From the NCBI GenBank assembly GCA_963729605.1, contig CAVSNY010000002.1:320001-384000 (forward strand): a DNA stretch of 64,000 nucleotides, read 5' to 3'. Under the pieces are notes generated by a model, which saw only the letters and a list, made by a program, of their open reading frames with translations, did not search any database and was not told where the DNA came from. Below are positions 10,306 through 21,082 of this stretch, piece after piece. The translations under genes were made by a program, and so were the position numbers. This DNA is from an uncultured Gammaproteobacteria bacterium (GTDB lineage Bacteria; Pseudomonadota; Gammaproteobacteria; DRLM01). How positions within the stretch are numbered: the stretch's first letter is position 1; the number at the start of each line of letters is the position of its first letter.

Positions 10306-12981
10306 TTACGCCGCTTCCTGCCGCGGGTTTTTAAAACCTTCCGCCAGTACCGGCGTGCCAGTGGTTTCGAGCAGCGGGCCATGTTGCGGCGCCGTGCTCG
10401 GCGTCGGCGCGTCTGCATGCCGGATATTCCGTTTGGGTAGCGCGTTGATCAGCGAGCAATAGAGGGCCGCGACATAGGGCACGGATTGCACGGTCAGCAC
10501 CGCCGCCCACAACACGGCCTCTTCATGGTTCCAACCATAGACGCCCAGCACCGCGCAGGCGCAAACGATCAGGCCGGCCAGCATGAAGAGTTCTTCGCGG
10601 GCCATGGCCAAGCCGCGCACCAGCGCGGGTTTGTCTTCCGCCTTGGGTGTGCGCAGAAAGGGTTGGCCGGAGGTGAACAGGCCTTGAATCATGGCGCGGC
10701 CGATGGTGTGGGTCAGCGACATGCCGGCGATGGCGGCGCCGATCCGTTGCGAAAGGCCGCAAGGCACGCGCACGCGGTACAGCCACAGCGCGTGCAGCAG
10801 TTTGTAGGCGAACACCGCGAGGGTCGGCACCAGAAAGGCCCATAACGGAAACTGCACATGCGCCGGCGCCAGCAACAGACCCAGCGTCCAGAACATCGCC
10901 GCGGCGGTGAACACCACGTGCAGGCCGTCGCTGAACCACGGCAGCCAGCCGCTGAGGAAGTGGTAACGCTGGCCGGCGGTCAGTTGGCTGTCTTTGCCGG
11001 ACCACAGCTGGCGCGAATGGTGTTTGAGGATTTGCACGGCGCCGTAGGCCCAGCGGAAACGCTGACCTTTGTAGCCGGCGTAGGAATGCGGGGTCAGACC
11101 CTTGCCGAAGACTTCGTTGACGTAGACCGATTCGTAGCCGCGCTCGAAGAGGCGCAGACCCAGTTCGGCGTCTTCGCAGATGCACCACTCGGACCAGCCG
11201 TTCAGTTCTTCGAGCGCCGTGCGGCGGATCAAGGTCATGGTGCCGTGTTGAATGATGGCGTTGCGCTCATTGCGGTGCACCATGCCGATGTGGAAGAAGC
11301 CGGCGTATTCCCAGTTGATCATCTCCTTGAAGCGGTCGCCTTCCCATTCGCGGTGATCCTGCGGCGCCTGCACGAAGGCCACCGGTTCGCGTTCGAAATA
11401 CGGGACGAGGCTGCGCAGCCAATCGCGGCGCACGAGATAATCGCTGTCCACCACGCCGATGATCGCGGCGTCCGCCGCGGTTTCCTTCAGCGCGAAATTG
11501 AGCGCGCCGGCCTTGTAGCCCGGCCACTGGCCCAGCGAGAAGAAACGGAAACGCGGTCCGAGTTCGGCGCAGTATTCCGCCACCGGCCGCCACACCGCGG
11601 GGTCTTTGGTGTTGTTGTCGATCACCAGCACTTCAAAATCCGGGTAATCGAGGGCCGCGAGACTGGCTAAGGTTTGTTTGACGAGGTCGGGCGGTTCGTT
11701 GCAGATGGCGAGATGCAGCGAGACCTTGGGCAACGGTTGTTCGGGCGCGGGATGCAGCGCGGTGAACTGCCGTTTGAAGCGCCGCAGCCAGGACATCTCC
11801 ACCAGTTCGAGGCCGTTGATGAGGATGACGGCGTACAGCGCGATCTGCGCCGGCAGCAACACGCCCCAGGCCACGGTGCCCAGCAGCGAGAGGTCTTCGG
11901 TGAAGGGCGCGAAGGCGCTGAGCGTCAGCGCGCAGGCCACGCTCTGGATGAGCAGGGCGAAGAACAGCCGGCCGCGCGCGCGCAGATCGCGCCAGCGCAT
12001 CAAAAACCAGATCATCGGCAACAGGGCGAGCAGCGCCGCGGCGGTGGCCTCGAGCGGCCAGTGCGGGTTGGCGACGATGGGGCCGGACATGGCGAATTTC
12101 TCGCGGCGTTCCACATCGTAAAGCCCCCAGTGCGCGCCCACCGTGCCTTCGAAGGCGTATTTCCACGGCTGATCGAAGGCTTCCATGATGAAGTAGTCGA
12201 ACTGTTTTTCCTGGGCCAGATTGAGGAACTGCCGGATGAACTGCGCCTCGGCGGCGAGGGAGGCGCGCGCGTATTCCCGGCGGTTGCCGTCGCTAGGCCA
12301 GCCCACCTCGGCGATCAGGATGGGTTTGCCGGGAAAGGCGCTTTGCAATTGCCGGTAGCGCTCCGTGACGAACTCGATGGCGGTGTCGGCCGGCACGCCT
12401 TCCCAATAAGGCAAAATATGCGCGGCGATGAAATCGACGTTTTTCGCGAGTTCGGGGTGTTTGATCCACACATGCCAGGGTTCGGCGGTGCTCACCGGCA
12501 GTTTGGTCTGTTTGCGCACTTGTTTGAGATAGGCGGTGAGCTGAGCAATGGTGAGATCACCGCGCAGCACGGCTTCGTTGCCGACGATCAGCCGGTCGAT
12601 ATTGCTGAACTGGCGCGCGTTCTTGACGAGGTTGGCGATTTCTAGGGTGTTGTTGGCGAGGTCCTTGTCCAGCCAGGCGCCGGCGGTGACGGTGAGACCG
12701 TGTTTTTGCGCCAGGCTGGGGATGACTTCCAGACCGTCGGTCGAGGAATAGGTGCGCACCTTGCGCACTTTGTCGGCGATCAATTTGAGGTCGGCGTCGA
12801 TTTGCCGCGCGGTGGGATAACGTTCTTCCAGCGGGTCGTGGTCGCGGTGATAAGGGCTGAAGGAAACCCCGTTGATGACGCCGGTCCAGGCCACCTCCGG
12901 TTGCGGCCGGTTGAGGCTGGCCCACAGCAGCAGATTGGCCGCGACCACTAAAATTAGGATAGTGAAACTGGATGCGCGCAT
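10306..12981 (-). CDS. GH17-GT2 fusion, NdvB-like cyclic beta-1,3-glucan synthase
   Basis: GH17-like IVGNE and AEVGWPS; GT2 KAGALN, DSDY, CEDAELG and QRFRW; transmembrane helices. Confidence 0.85.
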   Translation of the reverse strand: MRASSFTILILVVAANLLLWASLNRPQPEVAWTGVINGVSFSPYHRDHDPLEERYPTARQIDADLKLIADKVRKVRTYSSTDGLEVIPSLAQKHGLTVTAGAWLDKDLANNTLEIANLVKNARQFSNIDRLIVGNEAVLRGDLTIAQLTAYLKQVRKQTKLPVSTAEPWHVWIKHPELAKNVDFIAAHILPYWEGVPADTAIEFVTERYRQLQSAFPGKPILIAEVGWPSDGNRREYARASLAAEAQFIRQFLNLAQEKQFDYFIMEAFDQPWKYAFEGTVGAHWGLYDVERREKFAMSGPIVANPHWPLEATAAALLALLPMIWFLMRWRDLRARGRLFFALLIQSVACALTLSAFAPFTEDLSLLGTVAWGVLLPAQIALYAVILINGLELVEMSWLRRFKRQFTALHPAPEQPLPKVSLHLAICNEPPDLVKQTLASLAALDYPDFEVLVIDNNTKDPAVWRPVAEYCAELGPRFRFFSLGQWPGYKAGALNFALKETAADAAIIGVVDSDYLVRRDWLRSLVPYFEREPVAFVQAPQDHREWEGDRFKEMINWEYAGFFHIGMVHRNERNAIIQHGTMTLIRRTALEELNGWSEWCICEDAELGLRLFERGYESVYVNEVFGKGLTPHSYAGYKGQRFRWAYGAVQILKHHSRQLWSGKDSQLTAGQRYHFLSGWLPWFSDGLHVVFTAAAMFWTLGLLLAPAHVQFPLWAFLVPTLAVFAYKLLHALWLYRVRVPCGLSQRIGAAIAGMSLTHTIGRAMIQGLFTSGQPFLRTPKAEDKPALVRGLAMAREELFMLAGLIVCACAVLGVYGWNHEEAVLWAAVLTVQSVPYVAALYCSLINALPKRNIRHADAPTPSTAPQHGPLLETTGTPVLAEGFKNPRQEAA

Positions 12982-13318
12982 AGTGTGGTAAATCCGGAGG
13001 TGCTGCATACGCCCGTTTACGCACAGCGCCACGCGCCAATCGTGCCGGCGTGCGGTAGGGTGTGTCGCGTTGGAAAACTGATCCCGAGGACTCGGGATTT
13101 ACGGGATGACTGCGGAACCTCAAACTGAAGGTTGACCGGGATATTTTCTCACCGGCCCCCATTGCCGACGATCGGCGCGGATTCTATCTGGAAGACGGGG
13201 TTAAGGGAAGGGCGTTCGCGCCCGGTTGTCATTTAGCGGGGTGGCTGGCAGCATGGGCGCCCATGCTGCCTTGCGCGGCAAGGCAGGCCCCGCGCGTCTC
13301 GTTCTTGAAAGTGTTTTG

Positions 13319-14671
13319 ATGACCCCTGATTCCGTGTCCACGCCGCCGATTGCCCGCGTCTCCCGCGCCGAGGCCTTTCGTTTTTGGTTGAAGCTGGGAT
13401 TCATCAGTTTCGGCGGACCGGCCGGCCAGATCGGCGTCATGCACCAGGAGCTGGTGGAACGCCGCCGCTGGATTTCCGAAAGGCGCTTTCTGCACGCGCT
13501 CAACTATTGCATGGTGTTGCCCGGGCCCGAGGCGCAGCAGCTCGCGACTTACATCGGCTGGCTGTTGCACGGCAGCTGGGGCGGCATCGTCGCCGGCGCG
13601 CTGTTTGTGCTGCCGTCGCTGCTGATTTTGATCTTGCTGTCCTGGTTGTACCTGGCCTTCGGCGACGTGCCGGCGGTGGCCGGGGTGTTGTACGGCATCA
13701 AGCCGGCGGTGACGGCCATCGTGTTGTTCGCGGCCTACCGCATCGGCGCGCGGGTGTTGAAAAACGGCGTGTTGTGGGCGGTGGCGATCATGGCCTTCGC
13801 CGGGCTGTTCCTATTTCAATTGCCGTTTCCGGCCATCGTGATCGGCGCGGCGATCGTCGGCTGGCTGGGCGGCCGCCTCGCGCCGGAACGGTTCCGCTTC
13901 AGCGCTGGACATGGCGGCGGCAAGGTCCATCAGGCCGGCCCGGCCTTGATCGACGACGACACGCCGATCCCCGCCCACGCCCGTCCGTCGCGGGCGCGCA
14001 TGTTGCGTTACGGCGCGGTGGGGGCGGCTTGCTGGCTGGGCGGCATGGGTATGTTGCTGGCGTGGTTCGGTTGGCAGGCCACCTTCACGCAGATGGGCTG
14101 GTTCTTCACCAAGGCCGCCTTGCTGACGTTCGGCGGCGCCTATGCGGTGTTGCCTTATGTGTATCAAGGCGGGGTCGAGCACTACCAGTGGTTGAGCGCC
14201 ACGCAAATGATCGACGGCCTGGCCCTCGGCGAGACCACGCCGGGTCCGCTGATCATGGTGGTGGCCTTCGTCGGTTTCGTGGGGGCGTGGCAACATCTGG
14301 CGTTGGGGCCGGACGCGCTGGTGCTGGCCGGGGTGGCGGGCGCGCTGGTCGCGACGTATTTCACCTTTCTGCCGTCGTTCCTGTTTATCCTGCTGGGCGG
14401 GCCTTGGGTCGAATCGACCCGCGACGACCTTAAATTCACCGCGCCGCTCAGCGCCATCACCGCCGCGGTGGTGGGGGTCATCGTCAATCTCGCGCTGTTT
14501 TTTGCTTATCACGTGTTCTGGCCGCAAGGTTTCGCCGGCGCGTTTGATGGCGTGGCCGCGGTGATCGGTGCGCTGGCCTTGCTCGCCTTGTTCCGTTTCA
14601 AGCTGGGCGTGATCCCCGTCATCGCGGCTTGTGCGGTGTTGGGGTTGGGTGCGCATTGGGCCGGAATATAA
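13319..14671 (+). CDS. chrA: Chromate efflux transporter
   Basis: LGFISFGGPAGQI, LPGPEAQQLA, TFGGAYAVLP and LGETTPGP. Confidence 0.92.
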   Translation: MTPDSVSTPPIARVSRAEAFRFWLKLGFISFGGPAGQIGVMHQELVERRRWISERRFLHALNYCMVLPGPEAQQLATYIGWLLHGSWGGIVAGALFVLPSLLILILLSWLYLAFGDVPAVAGVLYGIKPAVTAIVLFAAYRIGARVLKNGVLWAVAIMAFAGLFLFQLPFPAIVIGAAIVGWLGGRLAPERFRFSAGHGGGKVHQAGPALIDDDTPIPAHARPSRARMLRYGAVGAACWLGGMGMLLAWFGWQATFTQMGWFFTKAALLTFGGAYAVLPYVYQGGVEHYQWLSATQMIDGLALGETTPGPLIMVVAFVGFVGAWQHLALGPDALVLAGVAGALVATYFTFLPSFLFILLGGPWVESTRDDLKFTAPLSAITAAVVGVIVNLALFFAYHVFWPQGFAGAFDGVAAVIGALALLALFRFKLGVIPVIAACAVLGLGAHWAGI

Positions 14672-14736
14672 TCGCGTTGATTTGGCGGGCGTGTGAGCGA
14701 GTTCGGCCAAACCGATAACTTGCGGTGCAATTACTA

Positions 14737-14884
14737 AAAGCTTCTGATCGATTCAGGGATTTCTGGGCATACGGATACATGGCGATGTTCAATGGCGGTC
14801 GCCATTGAGCATGCGGCAAGGCGAAAATCGCAGGGTTCGCTTTACCGCACTGAAAATTCCAGAATTAAATTATTCAAAACTTTC
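14737..14884. mobile_element. MITE copy B (degenerate)
   Basis: Similar length and the same order of motifs as copy A (CTTCTGAT...GGCGAAAATC...CTGAAAATTCCAG...AATTATTCA). Followed by CTAA. Confidence 0.6.
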
Positions 14885-14888
14885 CTAA

Positions 14889-15051
14889 GGAACCTCTGAT
14901 TTTATTCAGAGGTTCCCGCGGCACGCGGATGTGCCGCCCATTGTCAATGGCGTCAGCCATTGACAATGAAGGGCAGCGAAAATCACCTTTTTGCCTTCCC
15001 ATGTCCTGAAAATTCCAGGATGCAATTATGATGGAATTATTCAGAGCTTCC
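14889..15051. mobile_element. MITE copy C
   Basis: GGAACCTCTGATTTTATTC...GAATTATTCAGAGCTTCC, flanked by CTAA / CCAA. Highly similar to 3759-3905. Confidence 0.72.
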
Positions 15052-15079
15052 CCAAATTAATGCCGCGCGGTTGGACGAG

Positions 15080-15706
15080 TTAATGCCCCCGGATTGTCGT
15101 TGGCGGGAGAGTCGTCGGCCCTGGCCCGGTGCGATGGCGACTCTGCGCCGGCAAGGTATCCCGCGCGGTTTCCACTCGCGGCCGCATCGCCGCCGCGCGC
15201 GGAGGCGCGGTGTGTGGGTCGCGAAACAGCAAACACCAGGCCTTGCTGGCCGCGGCGGCCGCTTGCAAGCGGCGCAGGGTGTGTTCGTCGCCGAAAGCGG
15301 GCCAGGCCAGGACCGCGCCACAGGTGCCGGCGCGCAAGGCCATTTCCACCGTTCGCAATCCATCGCTGCCGGGGCGGGGATGGACCACTAAAACACGGGA
15401 TAAATTGACGCCATGGGCGGCCAGGGTGGGGGCGATGGGGATGTGCGGCGGCGCGATCCAGGCCAGCCAGCGGCCTTCCTGGCTGAGGCGGGCCAGGGCG
15501 GGCAATACCCACTTCAGTTCATCGCCGCCGGTTTGAGAGGGCCATATCTCGGTGAGCGCGCCCCGCGGCCAGCCGCCGCCGGGTAGCTCGGCGTCGAGGG
15601 CGGGAAGGCCGGTGGGTATATCGACTGACGCCGCGGGGCGCGAGTCGCCGCCGTGCCAGAGGGTGAGTTGTGAGAGGTGATCGAAGCGGTTGTGCAGGTG
15701 ACTCAT
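15080..15706 (-). CDS. imuA: ImuA / SulA-like RecA-superfamily SOS protein
   Basis: [21 protein letters not shown] and WIAPP; overlaps the lexA stop codon. C-terminus looks divergent. Confidence 0.75.
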   Translation of the reverse strand: MSHLHNRFDHLSQLTLWHGGDSRPAASVDIPTGLPALDAELPGGGWPRGALTEIWPSQTGGDELKWVLPALARLSQEGRWLAWIAPPHIPIAPTLAAHGVNLSRVLVVHPRPGSDGLRTVEMALRAGTCGAVLAWPAFGDEHTLRRLQAAAAASKAWCLLFRDPHTAPPRAAAMRPRVETARDTLPAQSRHRTGPGPTTLPPTTIRGH

Positions 15707-16326
15707 AAAGGGCTCCCTTGGCGAATGATGCCCACGCCCAAGCCTTCGATGACCAGGGATTGATGACGCAGGTCTACTTCAATGGGGTTAAAGTCCGGGT
15801 TTTCCGGCAGCAGGCGCAGCGAGTGTTTTTCGCCGCGGCGGCGGTCCAGGCGTTTGACGGTGACTTCCTCGTCGAGGCGGGCGACCACGATCTGGCCGTG
15901 GCGGACCTCGGCGGTGCGGTGCACGGCGAGCAGGTCGCCGTCGAGGATGCCGGCGTCGCGCATGCTCAGGCCGCGCACCCGCAGCAGGTAATCGGCGCGT
16001 GGTTGAAAGAGGCCGGCGTCGATCTGGTAATGGTTCTCGATGTGTTGTTCGGCGAGGATGGGGTTGCCCGCCGCGACCCGCCCTATCAGCGGCAGGCCGC
16101 TCGCCGCGCGCGGGGTTTGCAGCAGGCGGATGCCGCGCGAGGTGCCGCGCAGGATCTCGATATGCCCCTTGCGCGCGAGGGTGCGTAGATGTTCTTCCGC
16201 GGCGTTGGCCGAGCGGAAGCCGAATTTTTCGGCGATCTCGGCGCGGGTGGGGGGGAGGCCAGTGTCCTCCATGCGTTCCCGGATCATTTTTAGAATTTCC
16301 GCTTGGCGACGGGTCAGTTCCGACAT
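15703..16326 (-). CDS. lexA: SOS repressor LexA
   Basis: [28 protein letters not shown] cleavage site, GLSM and VTVKR. Confidence 0.97.
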   Translation of the reverse strand: MSELTRRQAEILKMIRERMEDTGLPPTRAEIAEKFGFRSANAAEEHLRTLARKGHIEILRGTSRGIRLLQTPRAASGLPLIGRVAAGNPILAEQHIENHYQIDAGLFQPRADYLLRVRGLSMRDAGILDGDLLAVHRTAEVRHGQIVVARLDEEVTVKRLDRRRGEKHSLRLLPENPDFNPIEVDLRHQSLVIEGLGVGIIRQGSPL

Positions 16327-16343
16327 GGTCTTCTCCTGTGTGG

Positions 16344-16359
16344 CTGTATTTTTATACAG
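16344..16359. promoter_or_regulatory. LexA (SOS) box
   Basis: CTGTATTTTTATACAG = CTG-N10-CAG, just upstream of the lexA RBS. Confidence 0.9.
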
Positions 16360-16410
16360 TATTTCTGTTTTTGGCAAGCCCAAATTACCAAAGCGGTTTT
16401 GGCGTGCTCC

Positions 16411-16533
16411 GCTCCAAACTGGAGCGCCTCGTTGATTTCGCGCACTTATACGGTGCTTGCAGAGAGTTTGCGGCGCCGAGATTTTATTTAACTTGTTGAT
16501 AATTATAATCGTCTATTTTGGTGCGTTTATTGC
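16411..16533 (+). promoter_or_regulatory. NtrC-dependent sigma54 promoter of amt
   Basis: GCTC-N7-GAGC (16411) and GCAC-N7-GTGC (16442), 31 bp apart; IHF consensus TATCAA-N4-TTA on the minus strand (16489-16501); TGGTGC-N5-TTGC (16519-16533). Confidence 0.7.
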
Positions 16534-16566
16534 TGGCTATTGCGCAAAATTTGTTCAATGGGAGGC

Positions 16567-17757
16567 ATGATGGACGCGTTTAAATCCGGTGGTGACGTAC
16601 TGTTTATCTTGATGGGCGCGGTCATGGTGCTGGCCATGCACGCCGGTTTCGCCTTTTTGGAGGTGGGCACGGTGCGCAAGAAGAACCAGGTCAACGCGCT
16701 GGTGAAGATCATCGCCGACTTCGCCGTATCGACCCTGGCGTATTTTTTTATCGGTTATGGCGTCGCCTACGGAGTCTCGTTTTTGACCGGCGCGCCCTCG
16801 CTGGTGGAGAAGAGCGGTTATGACCTGGTGAAGTTCTTTTTCCTGCTGACCTTCGCCGCCGCCATCCCCGCGATCATCTCCGGCGGCATCGCCGAGCGCG
16901 CCAAGTTTTACCCGCAGTTGGGCGCCACCGCGGCGCTGGTGGGGCTGGTCTATCCCTTTTTCGAAGGCATCGCCTGGAACGGCAACTTCGGGATTCAGGA
17001 TTGGCTCGAGGCGCAATTCGGCGCGCGTTTCCACGACTTCGCCGGCTCGGTGGTGGTGCATGCGATGGGCGGCTGGCTGGGTCTGGTGGCGGTGCTGTTG
17101 CTGGGCGCACGCCATGGCCGTTACGGCAAGGACGGGCAGATGTCGGCCCATCCGCCGTCGAGCATTCCTTTCCTGGCCTTGGGGGCGTGGATACTCACCG
17201 TGGGCTGGTTCGGCTTCAACGTGATGTCGGCGCAGAGTGTCGAAGCGGTCAATGGACTGGTGGCCATCAATTCGCTCATGGCGATGGCGGGTGGCGTGCT
17301 GGCGGCCTTGGTGGTCGGGCGCAACGATCCGGGCTTCGTCCACAACGGGCCGCTGGCCGGCCTGGTGGCGATCTGCGCCGGTTCCGATTTGATGCACCCG
17401 GTGGGGGCCTTGGTGACCGGCGCGGTGGCGGGCGCCTTGTTCGTGTGGACCTTCACCTTGACCCAGAATAAATGGAAGATCGACGACGTGTTGGGCGTGT
17501 GGCCGCTGCACGGCTTGTGCGGGGTGTGGGGTGGCATCGCCGCCGGCATCTTCGGCGGAACGGCCTTGGGCGGAATAGGCGGCGTGAGTCTGACGGTGCA
17601 GTTGATCGGCACGCTGCTGGGCGTGACGGTTGCGCTGATCGGCGGCCTGCTGGTGTATGGCGCTTTCAAATTCGCCTGCGGTTTGCGGCTCACCCAGGAA
17701 GAGGAATATCAGGGGGCCGATTTGAGCATTCACAAGATCGGTTCGGAACCGCACTGA
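16567..17757 (+). CDS. amt: Ammonium transporter (Amt family)
   Basis: ISGGIAER, DFAGSVVVH, GWFGFN, NGPLAGLVAI and DDVLGVWPLH; GGAGG RBS. Confidence 0.93.
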   Translation: MMDAFKSGGDVLFILMGAVMVLAMHAGFAFLEVGTVRKKNQVNALVKIIADFAVSTLAYFFIGYGVAYGVSFLTGAPSLVEKSGYDLVKFFFLLTFAAAIPAIISGGIAERAKFYPQLGATAALVGLVYPFFEGIAWNGNFGIQDWLEAQFGARFHDFAGSVVVHAMGGWLGLVAVLLLGARHGRYGKDGQMSAHPPSSIPFLALGAWILTVGWFGFNVMSAQSVEAVNGLVAINSLMAMAGGVLAALVVGRNDPGFVHNGPLAGLVAICAGSDLMHPVGALVTGAVAGALFVWTFTLTQNKWKIDDVLGVWPLHGLCGVWGGIAAGIFGGTALGGIGGVSLTVQLIGTLLGVTVALIGGLLVYGAFKFACGLRLTQEEEYQGADLSIHKIGSEPH

Positions 17758-17872
17758 TGCAGGTGGCTGACCGATGAGCCGCCCGGGCGCGCGATCCGCC
17801 CGGGGTTGGCCACGTGGAAATTCGGCGTAAAAAGTAGTAGGGTAGGGCCCCTTTTCCGCTGGGCTTTCGGCG

Positions 17873-19237
17873 ATGGCCACGACGCTTTATATCAAAACCT
17901 ACGGTTGCCAGATGAACGAGTACGACTCCGCCAAAATGGCGGACGTGCTGGCGGCGTCCCATGGTTTGAAAGTGGTGGCCACCGCCGAGGAGGCGGACGT
18001 GCTGCTGCTCAACACCTGCTCGGTGCGCGAGAAGGCCGAGGAGAAGGTGTTTTCCCTGCTCGGCAAATGGCGGGAGTTGAAAGAGCTGCGGCCGGGCCTG
18101 GTGATCGGGGTCGGCGGCTGCGTAGCCAGCCAGGAGGGCGACAACATCCGCCGCCGCGCGCCTTACGTGGATATGGTGTTCGGTCCGCAGACCCTGCACC
18201 GCCTGCCGCAGATGCTGACGCAAGTGCAAACCGAGCGCCGCCCGGCGGTGGACATCAGCTTTCCCGAGATCGAAAAATTCGATTACCTGCCCGCCCCGCG
18301 CGCCGAAGGTCCCACCGCCTTCGTCTCGATCATGGAAGGTTGCAGCAAGTACTGCACCTTCTGCGTCGTGCCCTACACCCGCGGCGAAGAGGTGAGCCGG
18401 CCCTTCGACGATGTGATCGCCGAAGTCGCCGAGCTTGCCGAGCAGGGCGTGCGGGAAGTCACCTTGCTGGGGCAGAACGTCAATGCCTATCGCGGGCCCA
18501 TGCACGACGGCGCCGAGGCCGACCTGGCGCTTTTGCTCAACTACCTCGCCGCCATCGACGGCATCGAGCGCCTCCGCTTCACCACCTCCCATCCGGTGGA
18601 ATTCTCCGAGCGGCTGATTCAGGCCTACGCCGAGATCCCGCAACTGGTGAGTCATCTCCATCTGCCGGTGCAGAGCGGCTCGGACCGGATCTTGGCGGCG
18701 ATGAAGCGCGGCCACACCGCGCTCGAATACAAGGCCAAGATCCGCAAGCTGCGTACCTTGCGCCCGGACCTGTGCCTGACCTCCGATTTCATCATCGGCT
18801 TCCCCGGTGAGACCGACGCCGATTTCCAGGCCACGATGAATCTCATCGAAGAGATCGGTTTCGATAATTCCTTCAGCTTCATTTACAGCCCGCGCCCCGG
18901 CACTCCGGCCGCCAGCTTTGCCGACGACGTGCCGATGGAGATCAAAAAGCATCGTTTGGCGATCTTGCAGCAGCGCATCCGCGAGATGACCGACGCCACC
19001 AGCCAGGCCATGGTCGGCGGCGTGGAGCGGGTGCTGGTGGAAGGGCCGTCCCGTAAAAATCCCCACGAGTTGTGCGGCCGTACCGAAAACAACCGCATGG
19101 TGAACTTCACCGGCGACCCCCGCTGGGTGGGCCGGTTCGTGTCCTTGCGGATCACCCAGGCCATGCCCAATTCCTTGCGGGGAGAATACCTTGCCACGGC
19201 CGAGCCCCGCGCCGACGGGCGAATGGCCCATGCGTGA
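17873..19237 (+). CDS. miaB: tRNA-2-methylthio-i6A37 methylthiotransferase
   Basis: [26 protein letters not shown] radical-SAM motif and a TRAM domain. Confidence 0.97.
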   Translation: MATTLYIKTYGCQMNEYDSAKMADVLAASHGLKVVATAEEADVLLLNTCSVREKAEEKVFSLLGKWRELKELRPGLVIGVGGCVASQEGDNIRRRAPYVDMVFGPQTLHRLPQMLTQVQTERRPAVDISFPEIEKFDYLPAPRAEGPTAFVSIMEGCSKYCTFCVVPYTRGEEVSRPFDDVIAEVAELAEQGVREVTLLGQNVNAYRGPMHDGAEADLALLLNYLAAIDGIERLRFTTSHPVEFSERLIQAYAEIPQLVSHLHLPVQSGSDRILAAMKRGHTALEYKAKIRKLRTLRPDLCLTSDFIIGFPGETDADFQATMNLIEEIGFDNSFSFIYSPRPGTPAASFADDVPMEIKKHRLAILQQRIREMTDATSQAMVGGVERVLVEGPSRKNPHELCGRTENNRMVNFTGDPRWVGRFVSLRITQAMPNSLRGEYLATAEPRADGRMAHA

Positions 19238-19321
19238 GCCGGGCGGCGGGCCGGCCCCGGCGTTGCGCCGGGAGCGGTTTTCGACTATCTTAACGCTTAA
19301 GTCACTATTTCCATTTCAAAT

Positions 19322-20323
19322 TTGAACGTTCACGCCGACTCCGTAGATTTCACCCTCGAACCCGCTGACAACGAGCGCCTCGCCAACTTGTGCGGGCAAT
19401 TCGACGAACACTTGCGTCAAGTCGAAGGCCGGCTGGGCGTGGAAGTCAGTAATCGGGGCAACCGTTTTCGCGTCATCGGCGATGCCGGTTCGGCGCGCGC
19501 GGCCGGCGAGGTGTTGAAAGACCTCTACTCCGAAACCGCCAAAACCCGTTTGACGCCGGCCCGCGTTCACCTTGCCTTGCAGCACGCGGGTGTCGAGAGC
19601 GCGCCGGTGCGGCTGGTGTCGGACAAAAACGAAGCGGTGGGCATCGCCACCCGGCGCGGCATCGTCAGCGGCCGCGGTCCCAATCAGCAGCGTTATCTGC
19701 AAAGCATCGCCAAATACGACATCAGTTTCGGCGTCGGCCCGGCCGGTACCGGCAAGACCTATCTCGCCGTGGCCGCCGCGGTGCAGGCGTTGGATCAAGA
19801 CAAGGTGAGCCGCCTGATCCTGACCCGCCCCGCGGTGGAGGCCGGCGAGCGGCTGGGTTTTCTGCCCGGCGACCTGGTGCAGAAGATCGATCCCTATTTG
19901 CGCCCTTTGTACGACGCGCTGTACGAGATGCTGGGCTTCGAGCGGGTCGCCAAGTTGATGGAGCGCCACGTCATCGAAATCGCGCCGCTGGCCTATATGC
20001 GCGGCCGCACCCTCAACGACGCCTTCATCATCCTCGACGAGGCGCAGAACACCACCGTCGAGCAGATGAAGATGTTCCTCACCCGCATCGGCTTCGGCTC
20101 CAAGGCGGTGATCACCGGCGACGTCACCCAGATCGATCTGCCGCGCGGCCGTCCTTCCGGCCTGCGCCATGTGGTGGAAGTGCTGAAAGACGTGGACGGG
20201 ATCAGCTTCACCTTCTTCAAGGCCGCCGACGTGGTGCGCCATCCGCTGGTGCAAAGCATCGTCACGGCTTATGAGTCCTTCGAGGAGCGCGAGGCCGACG
20301 CGACCGGCGAGCGCAAGCCATGA
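19322..20323 (+). CDS. ybeZ: PhoH-like ATPase (YbeZ)
   Basis: [27 protein letters not shown] and DEAQN; TTG start. Confidence 0.93.
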   Translation: MNVHADSVDFTLEPADNERLANLCGQFDEHLRQVEGRLGVEVSNRGNRFRVIGDAGSARAAGEVLKDLYSETAKTRLTPARVHLALQHAGVESAPVRLVSDKNEAVGIATRRGIVSGRGPNQQRYLQSIAKYDISFGVGPAGTGKTYLAVAAAVQALDQDKVSRLILTRPAVEAGERLGFLPGDLVQKIDPYLRPLYDALYEMLGFERVAKLMERHVIEIAPLAYMRGRTLNDAFIILDEAQNTTVEQMKMFLTRIGFGSKAVITGDVTQIDLPRGRPSGLRHVVEVLKDVDGISFTFFKAADVVRHPLVQSIVTAYESFEEREADATGERKP

Positions 20324-20808
20324 ACCTCGTCGTCGATGTGCAATACGCTTTCGATGATGCCGTGGAAGACGCCCCGGCCATGCCCACGGCCGACCAGTTC
20401 GAGGCGTGGGCGGCGGCGGCCCTGGCCGGTCAACGCGAGGAAGCGGAGCTGAGCATCCGGGTGGTGGACGAGGCGGAGGGCAGTGAGCTCAACCAAACCT
20501 ATCGCCATCGCCCCGGCCCGACCAATGTCCTGTCTTTTCCGTTCGATAGCCCCGCCGAGTTCGAGATTCCGCTGCTGGGCGACGTGGTGATCTGCGCGCC
20601 GGTGGTGGCGCGCGAGGCCCGCGAACAGGGTAAACCCGCCCTGGCCCATTGGGCCCATATGACGGTGCATGGCACTTTGCACCTGCTGGGTTATGATCAT
20701 GAAACGCCCGCCGAGGCGGACGAGATGGAGCGCCTCGAGGCGCGCATCCTGGACGGCTTGGGTTATTCCGATCCTTACGCGGCGGAGCGCGCGGCGGCGC
20801 CGGCCTGA
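20320..20808 (+). CDS. ybeY: rRNA maturation RNase YbeY
   Basis: TNVLSFP and [11 protein letters not shown]. Confidence 0.96.
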   Translation: MNLVVDVQYAFDDAVEDAPAMPTADQFEAWAAAALAGQREEAELSIRVVDEAEGSELNQTYRHRPGPTNVLSFPFDSPAEFEIPLLGDVVICAPVVAREAREQGKPALAHWAHMTVHGTLHLLGYDHETPAEADEMERLEARILDGLGYSDPYAAERAAAPA

Positions 20809-20862
20809 ACCGCGGATAGAGTTTTTATTAATCCGGCTATTCAAATAGACCGGAACGATACG

Positions 20863-20955
20863 TTCCCTCTTTCAAGAGGGGCGGGGAGGGGGAACAAGTT
20901 CTCATGAGTCATTCATCCTTGCCCATATCCGTTTCTTTTAAAAAAGAAGGGGACG
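20863..20955. repeat. Degenerate CCCTCTCCC/GGGAGAGGG-family palindromic repeats
   Basis: CCCTCTTTCAAGAGGGGCGGGGAGGGG plus a decayed partner in the ybeY-corC spacer. Confidence 0.4.
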
Positions 20956-21082
20956 TAGGGCGTGGTCGTGCCGGACCGGTCTTATACGCCGTCAGGCGGC
21001 GGAGCGGAGTAATGTGGCGGCCGGCCCGCGTGAGCGACAGTATTTTTATCGAGTGGAATAAACAGCAGTGGCGTGGGGATTT

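Noticed and set aside
13081-13098. Palindrome ATCCCGAG-GA-CTCGGGAT between the glucan synthase and chrA
   Set aside because: Single occurrence and no identifiable regulator, so no function can be assigned.
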